Origin: Octopus sinensis
Lineage: Eukaryota
Direction: 5' to 3'
Assembly (NCBI RefSeq): GCF_006345805.1
Contig: NC_043008.1
Coordinates: 27,156,001 to 27,220,000 of the forward strand
DNA: 64,000 nucleotides
The notes below the pieces were generated by a model. It saw only the letters and a list, made by a program, of their open reading frames with translations. It had not been told where the DNA came from and ran no database searches. The position numbers were made by a program, and so were the translations under genes. Positions 40,038 through 54,268 of this stretch are shown piece by piece (within the stretch, counting starts at the first letter, position 1; each line of letters opens with the position of its first letter).

Positions 40038-40045
40038 AATAATAA

Positions 40046-40077
<32 letters not shown>

Positions 40078-40127
40078 ATAATTATTATTATTGCTGTTGT
40101 TTTTGTTATTATTATTATTATTATTAT

Positions 40128-40590
40128 GAGTGAGAGAGCAGTTCATGCCATCAAAGTGACACTGGGGTAAAATATACGAAGCCCAATATACCCATCATGA
40201 CTACCCGTCTGATAAAGGTACACCAGGCACATGCATCACAACCATATGTGCGCGACATGGTGATCTCATATCAAGATAAACAGCACATGACCTTGCAGGT
40301 GGGGCCCAGTTAGAATTTTCTTCAGGTTGAGTAGCCCATCCCGCTCAAACGGTCCCTGAATAAGGGTTGTTTAAGGATGTTGAAAGAACCACCCATGTTT
40401 CCAGAGGTGAACTATTCAAACCCCAAAGAATCCCTCTCAACACATGGCTATGATGCTCCCCCACTACTTCTGCTCGTGATCAGAGATGCACATATCGTCA
40501 GCCACTAAGGGACATGCTCAACTGGTTAACGTCAAACAACTGACAAGCAAATCTGTGGTATTAAGCAGAATATTTGCTGTAGCCCGTCTT
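40128..40590 (-). repeat. Non-coding interspersed repeat (family F) embedded in (TAA)n
   Basis: Reverse complement of ~61170-61633; both copies end at the same CTCACTC terminus next to AAT repeats. Confidence 0.8.
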
Positions 40591-40599
40591 TTATTATTC

Positions 40600-40643
<44 letters not shown>

Positions 40644-40852
40644 TATTATTATATTATTATTATTATTATTATTACTCAACGTTTGACTTTTGCTTTACAT
40701 TTGTACAAGTTGGCTCCAAGTCTCACCCAGAGACCTCAAGAGACAACAAGTTGGAAGTTCATGTTGGTGATATACCTAGGGTGCCATATATTTGGTTTTG
40801 TACTTAGTGTTGTACTAGTGAATGTTTAAGAAACCGTATGAAAATTATGTAT

Positions 40853-40892
<40 letters not shown>

Positions 40893-40906
40893 TATATATA
40901 ATATAT

Positions 40907-40943
<37 letters not shown>

Positions 40944-40961
40944 GGATATATATATATATAT

Positions 40962-41465
40962 TTCTCTCCTCCTCCCCTGTCCCGTCGCTGGACAGCGATG
41001 AGGAAACTACTGCCTTTTCTGACCTTGCTTCACCCGAACATAGACGGCATTTTCCGTGGCTCCTTCGCCGTTCTCAAAAATAGCGTTCGTAAAATTTTAT
41101 CTCGTTCGGCTTAACAGCCCTTCTTGTCTGTGTTAATGTTGTTCTTTCTTGTCCTGTCTTTTACTGTATATATTTTGTACTGTCGTTACTGTCCTGTTTT
41201 TGTTGCCATTTTTAAACCTCCGCAAATAAATCTCAAATTTTATTTAATTTGCTTTGCTTTTCGAGGGAAGGAATGTTTCAGTCGAAGATGCGTCTCGCCT
41301 TCACCTTCGAAACGTAGAGTAGATGAAACCATGGTTACTTAAGAAGGGGAATTTTCCTTGTGTTATTTGTCCTGTACTCTATTTTTTCGTTGTTTAAGAA
41401 AAATTTCCACTCCTTGTTTTCGTTTCTCATTGTGTTAGACGTTTTTTTGGTGTCCTGTGCCCATA
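40962..41465 (+). repeat. Solo pLTR-like element between (TA)n tracts, with a variant HHR-like motif at 41276-41319
   Basis: CAGTCGA-A-GATG...CTTC-GAAAC-GT-A. Its 3' part (41340-41465) has an inverted relative at 47005-47135. Confidence 0.5.
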
Positions 41466-41635
41466 TATGCATGTATATATACATGTAGATGTAGATACGT
41501 ACATATATGTATTTATATATGCTTATGTTTTATTTATTAATTTGGTATATATATATATATATATATATTCACCCTGAATTTTATATATATATATATATAT
41601 ATATACATATATATACATATATATACATATATATA

Positions 41636-41693
<58 letters not shown>

Positions 41694-41829
41694 GATATAT
41701 ATATATATATATATATCACTCACGTGACCGACTAGGCTATCAGATGTTGTTACACATCTCTGATCACAATGCGCATTTTGCACATTTTTGCTTTGAAATG
41801 ACGCCACCCCGTACTTATAATGGAATAGA

Positions 41830-42335
41830 GAAGATGTATACGTTGCATAAGTGCAACTGTAGTTCCGTGGCAAAAAGTTTGCTTTTAAATCACATGCTTC
41901 CGGGTTCAGTACAACAGCAGGAAATCATGGGAAGGAGGTATGTACTATAGAATTGGGCCGACCAAAGATTTATGAATGGAATTTGTAGACTGAAATCGAA
42001 AGCAGCATGTCGTACGCATACATACACGCATGCTCACACACACTCGTATACACGCTTATATTTATATATATATATATACGCGTACATATACATATATATA
42101 AATATATATATACATACATACACACACATAGATATCTGTCTCTGTGTATATTTGCGTTTGTCCCCTACTACCGCTTGACACCGGCAATGGTTTTTTTCCA
42201 CTCCTATAACATATCGATTCGGAAAAATGGAACAGATAGAATAAGTGCTGGGGTTGATTTGCCCGACTACAATCCTCCAAGGCGTTATATGACTGCAGTC
42301 TAATGACTGAATCAAGAAAATCAATACAAGAATAA
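41830..42335 (+). mobile_element. Family A SINE, diverged, with an expanded internal microsatellite
   Basis: CCGGGTTCAGT, GGGCCGACCAAAG, GATAGAATAAGT and tail motifs in order. Confidence 0.65.
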
Positions 42336-42380
42336 AATTGCAATGGTCCCTATGACCAGCATAGCCTACAACAGCCACTA

Positions 42381-42570
42381 GTGGAGGCGCAATGGCCCAG
42401 TGGTTAGAGCAGCGGACTCACGGTCGTAAGAACGCGATTTCCATTCCAAGACACGGCATCGTGAGTGTTTATTGAGCAAAAACACCTAGGCTCCACGATG
42501 TTCTGGTAGGGGGGGTGAACCTCGCTTTACTATTTACCACAACTTTCTCTCACTCTTTCTTCCTACTTCT
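42381..42570 (+). mobile_element. tRNA-derived SINE (family E)
   Basis: Similar to 33342-33540. Confidence 0.7.
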
Positions 42571-43195
42571 GCCACAAAGCAGAGAACCATGGTGTAACCC
42601 ACTATGGTGTGGTAAAACCTCTGTACCCTAGGATGGTTCAGCTCTCCACCCGTTAAAAGCCACCGTTTACGGAATGAGGATAACAACGTAGCTTCCGCGC
42701 CAGTGCAATCGCCGGTCTATCGCGTGTGGTGGGTGGATCTTCAAGTTGCCACACGCATTCTTAGTAGCTTAGATTAGGCTCGAATTAGAGATAATTCTTT
42801 GTGGCTAATGGCGTGAATCCTGATTGGAACAAGAAGAAGAAGAAGAAGAAGAATAAGAAGAAGACAACAGCCACTTAGCTTTCCAGTATGCTTCCAAACA
42901 GTACAGTTAACATTCACTCTGTCGCTTTTCCTCCGATACATATTTTGCGTGTATATTTTCGTTGTTTCGAGTTCATGAATTTGAGTTTTGCTGTCTCTAT
43001 TACTGATAGGATCTTATCTGCAATATATAAGTCACAAATTGCTTGCTGCTGATAAACATACTTTAAGTAGTACTAATTTGTCAATGTGTTTCTGCAAATG
43101 CTAGTACAAAATTACATTACGTTCAACTTACAAAAGGAAGCCTATATAGATATTTCTTTCGAATTAAATTTGCTGACTATCTGATATGACATGGC

Positions 43196-43404
43196 TCAGT
43201 TTACTCAGCTGTAGAAATGAGTTGCGACGTCACTGGTGCCAAGCTGTATCGGCCTTCGCCTTTCCCTTGGATTACATCGGCGGCGTGGAGAGGGGAGGCC
43301 GGTATGCTGGTCTTCCATAAAAAACAACCTTGCCCGGACTTGTGCCTGGGAGGGTAACTTTCTAAGTGCAATCCCATAGTCATTCGTGACCGAAGGAGGC
43401 CCCC
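43196..43404 (+). mobile_element. Family C SINE, 3' part
   Basis: Reverse complement of ~3090-3300. Confidence 0.8.
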
Positions 43405-44617
43405 GATTGGTATAATCACTGAATAAACACATTCTACAAATAAGTGTTTATCATTATTTCTTTTCTTTAGAGAAATGTATGACGAGTGGCACGTTATCTT
43501 TAAATTTTATCACTAAATGTGTTTTTGCTTTAATGAAATAATTTCATTTTCCACTTCTACTCTAGATATTTTCTGTTGTTACTTTTATATTTTCAATTGC
43601 TTTATATATTGTTTTGTTTGAATTTATTTCCATTCTTCTGTTGCAGATTTCTTCTCTAGTGTGAAGATGGAGGAATTATTCACGGAACAAAAGGGTAGCT
43701 TAAATCCTTACAATAACCTCGAGACTGGAACGAAACTAGGGACATGTTATGATGTTAAACAGGCGATATATTGTTTCTTCCAAAAACAGGAATAGCATAT
43801 CACACAAGATACCGCATATTTTTTATCTCCAAATTTTACATATAACGAGCGAGATTTTTGTTTATCCATGCCTGCGCTGTTAGATTGTTGTCTAAACGAC
43901 TGCTCAATGAGTTCAAGACATTTGGTTGTGGAATGAATAAATAATCAGATAATCAAACTTGAACTCGTTCTCACGTATAAGAATAGAATCAATGATGAAC
44001 TGCCTGATTTCACCAGATCTAACGTGATTCAGATGAAGTAATCTATACACAAATCAGAGATTCATGCGCACAATATCAAATCATTCAATTCACTTCAATA
44101 CTGAAAGGATGGCCATTCAGTATTTTTGCAATTAAAAACAGTATTCTCAAATGATCTAAGGTGAATAGCTAAATTTCACTATCATGTAGAAAAATATTTT
44201 CTTTCATTATGAAATGTATCCTTCCTTTTGTTTTACATAATGCTTTTATTATTGGCACAACCTGCACTAACTGTCGTTAAAATTCAAGTTGAAATTAATT
44301 CAGAACTTCTCCATTCCTATGTCGCTTTCTTAGTGGTTAGGATATAATTTGAGAATAGGTCGAAGGGGCGAATAGTGCTGAAAAGATTAAAACAGAAATT
44401 GATAAATTCATAAGTGAGGAAGTTATTAGTTAAACTAATTGTGATTAGAATATCCATGTATGAATATACGAGATGCATCAATAATTATTCATCCTTTTGG
44501 TAAAGAAACATAATTTTGTACGTATATACATACATAATACATACATGCAAACATATATATATTGTATATATATATTTACATACGTACATATACATGCACA
44601 TATATATATATATATAT

Positions 44618-44814
44618 ATTTATTATATAGAAGGAGCTTCTACAGGACTAGAACTGTTTCATTCAAGAGAAATCATCAGGAAGCTTCCTGATGATTTCTC
44701 TTGAATGAAACAGTTCTAGTCCTGTAGAAGCTCCTTCTATATAATAAATTAATTTTACTCTGCTATGTATTGAGTACCTTATTTACTGTGGTTAACGCCG
44801 AATCAACCGGGACC

Positions 44815-44817
<3 letters not shown>
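44618..44817 (+). mobile_element. HHR-motif element with a perfect 132-nt fold-back palindrome (44618-44749), inside (TA)n
   Basis: 66-bp arms with zero loop, centred at AAG|CTT. Motif CTGATGA-TTTC/tctt/GAAT-GAAAC-AGTTCTAG at 44688-44719. Same family as 62917-63056. Confidence 0.85.
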
Positions 44818-44879
<62 letters not shown>

Positions 44880-44924
44880 AGGGGTGGCACAAAATAGCAT
44901 GATAGCATCATAATATTGAAATAT

Positions 44925-45685
44925 CTAGCCATACTCTCTTCCTTCAGGGGAACCGCTCACAGCATCTAACAATATCAGAGACCTGGGGGTAATTGTTGAT
45001 GACGATCTCAATTGGAGTGCACACATCAACAATAAGGTCGATATAGCTCGTAGGATGAGTTCCTGGATCTTAAGAACTTTCCGGTCCAGAGAACAAGGTG
45101 TCATCATACCACTTTTCTCCTCATTTGTACGGCCACACCTCGAATACTGCTGCCCAGTGTGGTCTCCTCATACAAGACAAAACATCTCGAGGATTGAATC
45201 ACCCCAGAGGGCACTCACTAAACGAATTGAAGGCATGGCTGCACTCGTGAGCGGTACATCATTTGTACGATGTGGACAATATACCGCTAACTTTGCCCAA
45301 ACGACCTGAACATTAGCTTCAAAGTTTATGCAAGACTGGGACCACGGGCCATACGTCCCCTGTCCAATTCAAGATCACAGCTTACATGTACACTGCAACA
45401 TAATTTCTTTTCCTCAACATGCCCTGACCTATTTAACATTGTCCCGAAAGAGATCAAAGAGGAAAAGGATCCCATCAACTTTAAATGGAGTCTGGATAGA
45501 TTCCTTCAAGGAATACCAGATAAGCCACCCATAATTGGTTACAACTCACCCAACAAAAACTCACAACTTGAATGGACCATAAACAAAACTTGACTTAAAC
45601 AGGATTCAAATAATCCTATCAGGTGGTGCTATTAAGTTAGACATGGCCTGGACCAATCTTTGGTCGAAACATATCTAAGTTTATC
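44925..45685 (+). mobile_element. CR1/L2-group LINE 3' fragment inserted into the Tc1 5' region
   Basis: IRDLGVIVDDDLNWSAHI...FVRPHLEYCCPVWSP...QRALTKRI, followed by the C-terminal LFNIVPKEI and a 3' UTR. Confidence 0.85.
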
Positions 45686-45811
45686 TATAAAACCGTCAAA
45701 AGCTTGTTTATTTTTGTTTTTTGATTTATTATTAGTGTTGCTTAATATTTTTGCTAAAATTGCTATTTCTTTTCAGATATCATCAGAAAAAGGTTATTAA
45801 AATTCATTAAA

Positions 45812-46837
45812 ATGATAGATTTATCGGATTTTCAAAGAGGACAAATTGCTGGTGCTTGTATGGCAAGCGCTAGCGGAATAAAAACACCCGAAGCGTTTAA
45901 TTGTTTAGTGTATCAAAAAGTACTGTTTCCAAAGTAATGACAGCCTTTGAGAAAGAGAGAAAAACCTCTTCGTCGAAACAAAACTCCGGAAAAAAACCCA
46001 AAACTTTCAGATAGGGAGCGTCGGACACTTACGCGAATTGTTAGAAAGGAACACAGAAGTACAACTTCCAAAATTACTGCAGAGCTTAATGCGCAACTCG
46101 AGAACCCAGTTTCCACAAAAAGGGAGTTGCACAAAGCTGTATTTTCCGGGAGGGCTGCAATCAGAAAACCTCTACTTTCAAAAACAAATGTTGCAAAGCG
46201 TTTTGAATGGAGTACAAACCTACAGAATTGGTCCCTAGATCAGTGGAAGAATGTTACTTTCCCGAACGAGTCATCCTTTACCTTATTTCCGACCAGCGGC
46301 CAAGTATAGTTGTGGAGACAGCAAAAGTAGAATTTGACCCTAACAGCCTTCTTCTAACTGTTAAACATGGAAGGGGATAGGTGATGATCTGCTGGGGTGC
46401 TATGTGTTGAAAATCCGCCCGCCCAATGGTTTCTCTTCATTAATAGTCAAGACTATTTAAGTATTTTATCTGATAGAATTCATCCTATGGTTGCAGAATT
46501 GCTTCCGGAGGGAAACTAAATCTTTTAGGATGATAATGCACCAATTCACACAGCTGACGTTATTACTGAATGGTACGAAGAACATTCTAATGAAGTTGAA
46601 CACCTTATCTGGCCACCACAGTCCCTAGACGTCAATATTATTGAATATTTGTGGTGCATTTTAGACAAACAAGTAAGGAGTCGATATCCTCCACCATCAT
46701 CACTACATGAACTGTAGATTGATTTAGCTGAAGAATGCACAAACATTTCTTTGGAAACAATTCAAACGTTGTACGAGTCCATAACTCGTAGAATTCAAGT
46801 TGTAATTACTGCCATAGGTTGTCCTACCCAATATTAA
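45812..46837 (+). pseudogene. Tc1 DDE transposase pseudogene (stops and frameshifts)
   Basis: MIDLSDFQRGQI; AAIRKPLLSKTN; WKNVTFPNESSF; VKHG; DDNAPIH; WPPQSLDVNIIEYLW; ends GCPTQY*. Confidence 0.9.
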
Positions 46838-47324
46838 TATTTATTTGTTCGAAATTTTAAGGAGTTTCCATTATTTTGTCCAACCCCTGTATATATAAAT
46901 ATATATATAATTTAATAAATAAAATATATGCATACATACATACATATATGTACGTACCTACATCTAATGTATGTATACATGCATATATAAATATATATAC
47001 GTGAGTACAGGACACCACAAGTAGATGTAGAACTCAACGAGAAACGAAAACGTAAAAACAAACATGGAAACGGACCTTTTTTTTAACAACGAAAAAACAG
47101 AGTACAAGACAAACAACAAAAGGAAAATTCCCCTTCATATATATTTATATATGCATGTATACATACATGTAGATGTAGGTACGTACATATATGTATGTAT
47201 ATATGCATATATTTTATTTATTAAATTATTGCATGACTGAGCGCCCTTGCGTCGTTTCGTTTCGTTTCCTTTCTGTTCTCCAAGTAAGTTTATATATATA
47301 TATGTATATATATGTATATATATA

Positions 47325-47368
<44 letters not shown>

Positions 47369-47375
47369 GTATATA

Positions 47376-47443
<68 letters not shown>

Positions 47444-47801
47444 ATTGATTAACGAGAGAGACGGAAGATGAAAATACAAAAATGCTTAATAATCACGAGA
47501 ATTGTTTCAACCTATCTAGCCCCGATCTCTCACATGTGGAATAATTAACAAATGGTTTAGGAGTATCCAATGGTGTCGCTGTGTCTCTTCGTGTGATTAC
47601 AAGTTGTATCTCGTTAAAATAACGAATGTTCCTCACGATAACTTCCCGCTCTGTGTATAGAAAAAGCAGCAAATTAAAGGACACGACCTCATTTTTATAT
47701 ATCAATAATAAAAAAATCAGATGCAAAAAGTAACGAATTCACAATACAGCGTAAATGTATTAAATATATATGTACACACACACACACATACACACACACA
47801 C

Positions 47802-47898
<97 letters not shown>

Positions 47899-47935
47899 CA
47901 TACATACATACATACATACATACATACATCATACA

Positions 47936-47968
<33 letters not shown>

Positions 47969-48011
47969 GTATGGCCACAGCTCATAAGCTGAAACTAGAA
48001 TCAATCAATCA

Positions 48012-48049
<38 letters not shown>

Positions 48050-48084
48050 GTATGTATATGAAGAAATATTATATATATTATCTT

Positions 48085-48452
48085 TTATTTGTATGAGTCA
48101 TTAGATTGCGGCCATTCTGGAGCACCACCTTGAAGAATCTTTAGTCGAATGAGTCGACCTCAGTGCTTATTTTAAAACCTGGTATTCATTATATCTGTGT
48201 CTTTTGCCGAACCGTTATGTGACGGAGGACGTACACTCGCCAACATATAGACGCATACATACATAAATATATATGACAGAATACATTGAGAGTAAACCTA
48301 CGAAATCTAGTGACAAGTCTTGACTGGGTCAAGGCTCGATCCAAGGTTATAGCAGAAGGTACCTGTCCAAGATGCTATGCAATGCGGCTGAAGCGGAGAC
48401 CATGTGGTTGCGATGCAAGCTTCTTACGGCACAACTACGCCTCCTACGCCTA
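48085..48452 (-). mobile_element. Family A SINE, diverged
   Basis: Reverse-complement similarity to 10465-10887. Confidence 0.75.
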
Positions 48453-48486
48453 CATGTATGCATGCGTACATACATACATACATTCA

Positions 48487-48596
<110 letters not shown>

Positions 48597-50092
48597 TATA
48601 GATAGATAGATAGATAGATAAATAGATAGAAAATAGATAAATAGATAGATTGATAGATAGATAGATATAGACTACTTTTTCGGGCAAAATAATCTATAAA
48701 AATGTTACGGAGTGTTAAATACATTTGCAAAGGTAAAAAATAAATCTTTTATTACATTTGCAATTCTAGTGTGTGTGGTAAATAACTAGCAGTGTTCTTT
48801 TTTAGTCTTTTAAAATTGTTGTTTCTAAGTTAAATTAACAGATGAGCACAGTAAAGAAGATAAATATGAAGAAAATGGAAGGAGATAAATGTTGGTCTTA
48901 AATGTCAAACAGAAGGGCGTTAAAATCAAATAAATAAACAATCATTTAAATAGAGAACCATCTCAAAAGATACGAAGCTTCTACGTTATAACATTTTCAG
49001 AGAATCGTAACCAAATTTGGAAGTATGGAGATATGTCAACAGTATAAACGATTAAGAAATAATTTAACTTCTTATAAATAACATTGTATAAAAAACATGA
49101 ATTTCACTTCATGTGTCTTTTTTTTAGATTTATTTCGATGATAATGTGTTAGAAAAACTCATTTGAAAACTGTTCTAGTCAATTTTAATTCACAGGAGAA
49201 TAGATAATGGAATATCAATAAATTATTTCGTTCTTCTTGTATTTTGTGAATTTGAAATATTCGTATATATACATGTACATACATTTACACATACACACAT
49301 ATGTACATATACATATCTGTTTATTATTCATCTTCATGAAATACATTCTGTAGAGTTTCAAGACAATAAAACCTACGGCAGAAAAGTATTTTTGATGATG
49401 ATATGATCGCAACCAACATTTATTGACTATTGTGGTGGTCTTGCTTTTGTTATTGTTCAATTCCCGTGTCAGTTTCGATTGAGCTATGACCATTCCAAGT
49501 TTTATTTAGATATTTTGTATCCGAATTGCATTGTCTAGAGCGTTCTTTAATATTTTAATAGATAATAGCTGACTGCCATTTGTAGTTCGATCAATCACGC
49601 CGCGACTGGCTCCTTTTCCAAGTGCCATTATGATGCTTATATAAAAGGAGATAAAATGGCAGAATCATTAGATCGTTGGTTATTTAGATTTTATATTCAA
49701 ACAGTAGGTTTGCTATATGCAAGAGCAGCTGTGTTTATGCATAAACGTATCGGCTGCTGAAGTGCCTTTTAGTGAAACCCGATGTTTTGAATGTTCTCCA
49801 CCCACCAAACAAGCGTGATGCGCTCGAGGCATTTCAATCGCGGATTTTCTATATTTCGTTCTATTTTTCATTTATGACTTAATTTAACCAAATATTTATT
49901 TCACTTTGCTATTTTGATAGTTGGTATATACGGTCAATTTTGAAGGACGAGCCATAACATACAGTATATAACTCAATTTGCCACAAATTCAGAATACACA
50001 CACACAAACACACAAACACAGCGTATTTATATTTTCCTCGCTCTCTCTGCATACACACACACACACAGACACACACACAGACACGCACACAC

Positions 50093-50150
<58 letters not shown>

Positions 50151-50152
<2 letters not shown>

Positions 50153-50191
50153 TCTGATGAGAATCCAATAAGGTTCGAAAATCGATTAAGT
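50151..50191 (+). ncRNA. Minimal type I hammerhead, core intact, stem I truncated by (TA)n
   Basis: AUU-CUGAUGA-GAAUC/caauaa/GGUUC-GAAA-AUCGAU-U-A-AGU: palindromic stem III (AAUCGAUU) and a UUA triplet. Confidence 0.75.
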
Positions 50192-50262
50192 TTGTTCATC
50201 ATATTTTTCATTCTGCGAAGAAAGGGCTAACATTTTCCATGTTTATAATTATACCATATGTT

Positions 50263-50329
<67 letters not shown>

Positions 50330-52640
50330 CGTGTATGTGTATTTGCGTGTGTGTGTGTGTGTGTGTATGAGGGACCAAAGTGTACGTACGCTGCTATATT
50401 TTTATATATAAAAATACAAAAATGGGACAAGAACGCAAAATATCTAGACAGATGATACATAGAAAACAAGGACGGGTCATTTCCAATTTCGGCTGCTTAT
50501 ACTCGAGATTGTTCCAATCTGGTCAGACCCAATGAAAAACTAAGCTAAGAGCACTAGATTCCTTGGAAGAAGGCAGCGAATGTATACGAAAACCAGAAAG
50601 GAAAATACCGGAGAAATGGTACACAGATAACAGGACATTAACAAGAGGTGTCTTTCGACTGAGGACGAATTAAATTACGCTGGCGTGTTTGGAAGTATAT
50701 ATATATATTTATAAACTATATTATATTGTATATGTATATACACTCACACTCACACACACATACACGCACACACATACACATACATGCACATACACACACA
50801 CATATATATATATATAAACCTATAGGTCATACATATATAAATCATAAATGTAACTCTCTCTCTATATGAATATATATATCTTTATAATATATATATGTGT
50901 GTGTGTAACTGTCGAACAATGAAAATATGTGCGCAACACCACATTAGAGGATAATATTTTTTTAATTTTCTGTATTAATGCTACCATTGCCGTTATAAAT
51001 AAAAAAAATATCTTAATATCTTATCAATTTTTCAAGCCGATCTCATGGAAGATTGGAAGATTGGTGTTCGTCTCTACTGTGGATGAAAACAGTTAGATAA
51101 ATAGATTAATAAATAATAGAATGTTAGACAATAGGTAGCTATCTACATAATAGATAGATAGGTAGATAGTTAAATATACATAAAAGTAGGGCCACGAGCA
51201 CTGCTTATTCTTCTGAGCAAAATGTTTAGAGATAAACATTGCTAAGAGAGTGAAAACGTTTCTATAAGAAGAAGTTTAATATCTATTTCTTCTTCCAGTT
51301 TTCTTTTACTTCGTATCACATTTTGAAAGTACGAATATATTTCATTACATGTTTTCTCTTTCTCTTCCTACTCTTGTTTAGCCGGTCTTTCACTGAACAC
51401 GAAATTAACAAAAATCCAATAAAATTCAATGAATTTTGTGGTCCTACGCCTTGTAACCTTTTCGAAATATAATAGGTACAGAATGGCGAAAATATAAGCA
51501 AACGATCCCTTACTTACACACATACGCATTTACAGGCACACACAGAACCTGCACGAATGCCAAGGCGTGATCAGGCAATTACACACAAATAATGTCATTA
51601 AGCAGAGCTTTTATGGCCAAATCTAACTTCCGAAACATTAGTGAAGTTTTGATTATGTCAGAGTGCCTCGTAGTAGTATTGAACGTAGGGTTTCATTTAT
51701 AGTTACAAATATGTTCAAACCTATCTTTGTAAATATTTTCACGGTTTTATTACCTGGCGTTGTTCATGTAACATTTTCCGAGTAAAGTTGAGTTGTTTCA
51801 TAGATATTAAATATGCACGCGCACATAGGAAGCTAAACAAAGAAGTAGGAAATTAATTTCAATGGGGGTGCAAAATGTCATTATTGTTATTTCTATGGCT
51901 TTAGTGTTTTCAACACAATTTCATCGCCTGGTAGGACTTAAGGTGACTTAGTTGACGATAATACAAATAGGCAGAAGACGCAGAAAAGAGCCATATATAC
52001 CTCTGGATATCTAAGAGAGAGGTTAGGAAAGAAAGAGATAAAGACGAAAAGGAGATGCCGAAGACGTGGTGGGAAACACGAGTAGAGTGAACATGAACGT
52101 CTGAGCACGAAAGAGAAAATCGCAAGCCAATGTATTTGGTAAAAAACGATGATGTCCTGTTGAGCAGCAAAAATAGGTTGAAGAAATATGGAACTCATTA
52201 TGAAAAGAAACTAAAGAGATTTTCATGAAAATCAATGAAAATGTTACATTGAGGTCTTTTAAAGTGTATGTTAGTTAAAGAAATGTGAAATAAGATTGAA
52301 TCAGGAAACAATGGGACTGAAGCGGAATCTCTCAACAACGAAACAAACAAGTTTTTCAATGTAATTTATTCTTCCTGTAGACAACATGAAATCAGATGAA
52401 ATTTTGTATCAAATTATATGTTACTATATAGTAATGCGGGAGACTGTATACCAGGTGTGACTGTGGTAAGCAAATCGTTTTAATTAAAATTGCATCTTTA
52501 GTCACGAGAACGATAATTACCTGTATAATTAATTCTGGTCAGAAAATGTGAAGACAATCGTGTAATTTTATTTAATTAAAATTAATTTAAAATGAAATGG
52601 AATGGGGATCGAGTGTAATTGTCAAAGTTACAGTGACAAC

Positions 52641-52681
52641 ATTAGACATGCTTTGATCATACTTTGAACTTCATCAGCAAT
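52641..52681 (-). ncRNA. Degenerate minimal hammerhead
   Basis: AUUG-CUGAUGA-A-GUUC/aaaguau/GAUC-AAAG-CAUG-UC-UAAU: stem I 4 bp and GUC triplet, but GAAA is mutated to AAAG. Confidence 0.5.
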
Positions 52682-53498
52682 AGAGTGGTATGTATGCATA
52701 TATATATAGTGAAATGACATTTACTTATTGTTTGGTACCACTACTACTATTACCACCTCTACCACGATCACGACCACGAAGAACACCACCACCACCACTA
52801 CCACCACTACTACTACTGCTACTACTACTACTGCTACTACTACTACTACTACTTCCGTTATCGCTAAAGCGTTTCAGAATTTTTTTTATATTTGTTATTA
52901 TTTCGTTGGGGTGCAGAGCATGTCAGAGTGAGTAATAGCTAAATACAGGAAATCAGGTAGTAAATATATTTACCTTGTATTTGGCCCTTTCGCTTAAATT
53001 CGTTCATTGATTTATGCGAAGCATACTTACCTTAATAAATATATATATATATACGTGTATATTTATATATATTTATATATATGTTATAATCTAGAACAAA
53101 CAAAAACAGGTTGTCATTATAGTATTCGAATGTCTTAGTGAAGAGCTACGATACATTCTCGTCAGCTCTTTATGGCAACGTACGCTATGAAAGACTGTTG
53201 AATAAAAGAGAAGATACTCTAACAGGTAGAAAAAGAGAAAACGATAAAAATATCAAAAATACACACCACTATATTCTCACAAAACATGTACATAAACCTC
53301 CTGCGTTCACGATATTTACATACATACACACACAAACATGTATACGGACACACACACACACAAATATTGATATGTTTATGTACGTACTCGCACATACACA
53401 TATGTCCACAACGCACGACCTAATCCTCCTATACACAGAAGTGTTCACTTGCATACATGTAACATAATACACATATATTTAGAAATTTATACGTATAG

Positions 53499-53594
<96 letters not shown>

Positions 53595-53600
53595 CTTATA

Positions 53601-53664
<64 letters not shown>

Positions 53665-53845
53665 CAGACATAGATTAACACTCCCGCATACACACATATA
53701 TACATATATATATATATGTACATATAGATATATCTATATCTATATATATATACACCCTTCCCTCACACACCTACACCGGTATATGTACACATATATGCAT
53801 ATTAGTATTAATAAAGAGGGCGTGTGCATGAAAGTCGCACGTATA

Positions 53846-54007
53846 GGCGTAGGAGTGGCTGTGTGGTAAGTAGCTTGTTTACCAACCACATGGTTCCGGG
53901 TTCAGTCCCACTGCGTGGCACCTTGGGCAAGTGTCTTCTACTATAACCTCGGGCCGACCAAAGCCTTGTGAGTGGATTTGGTAGACGGAAACTGAAAGAA
54001 GCCTATC

Positions 54008-54046
<39 letters not shown>

Positions 54047-54268
54047 TGCGTGTGTTTGTGTGTCTGTGTTTGTCCCCCTAGCATTGCTTGACAACCGATG
54101 CTGGTGTGTTTATGTCCCTGCTACTTAGCGGTTCGGCAAAAGAGACCGATAGAATAAGTACTGGGCTTACAAAAGAATAAGTCCCGGGGTCGAGTTGCTC
54201 GATTAAAGGCGGTGCTCCAGCATGGCCGCAGTCAAATGACTGAAACAAGAAAAAGAATAAAAAGAGAG
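53846..54268 (+). mobile_element. Family A SINE, full length
   Basis: Near-identical to 10465-10887. Confidence 0.9.

Larger units (their letters stand above)
44879..46889 (+). mobile_element. Tc1-family DNA transposon with a nested LINE fragment
   Basis: Left TIR CAGGGGTGGCACAAAATA (44879-44896) and right TIR TATTTTGTCCAACCCCTG followed by TA (46872-46891), with a transposase remnant between them. Confidence 0.9.

Noticed and set aside
45640-45676. GACCA/TGGTC hairpin followed by GAAAC at the LINE 3' end
   Set aside because: There is no CUGAnGA upstream; probably a LINE 3' UTR stem-loop.
49757-49787. CTGAAGT-GCC/AGT-GAAAC...GTT
   Set aside because: A9 is mutated and stems I and II are weak; indistinguishable from chance.
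51940-52260. Possible RTE-like coding remnant
   Set aside because: Only one vague motif; insufficient support.
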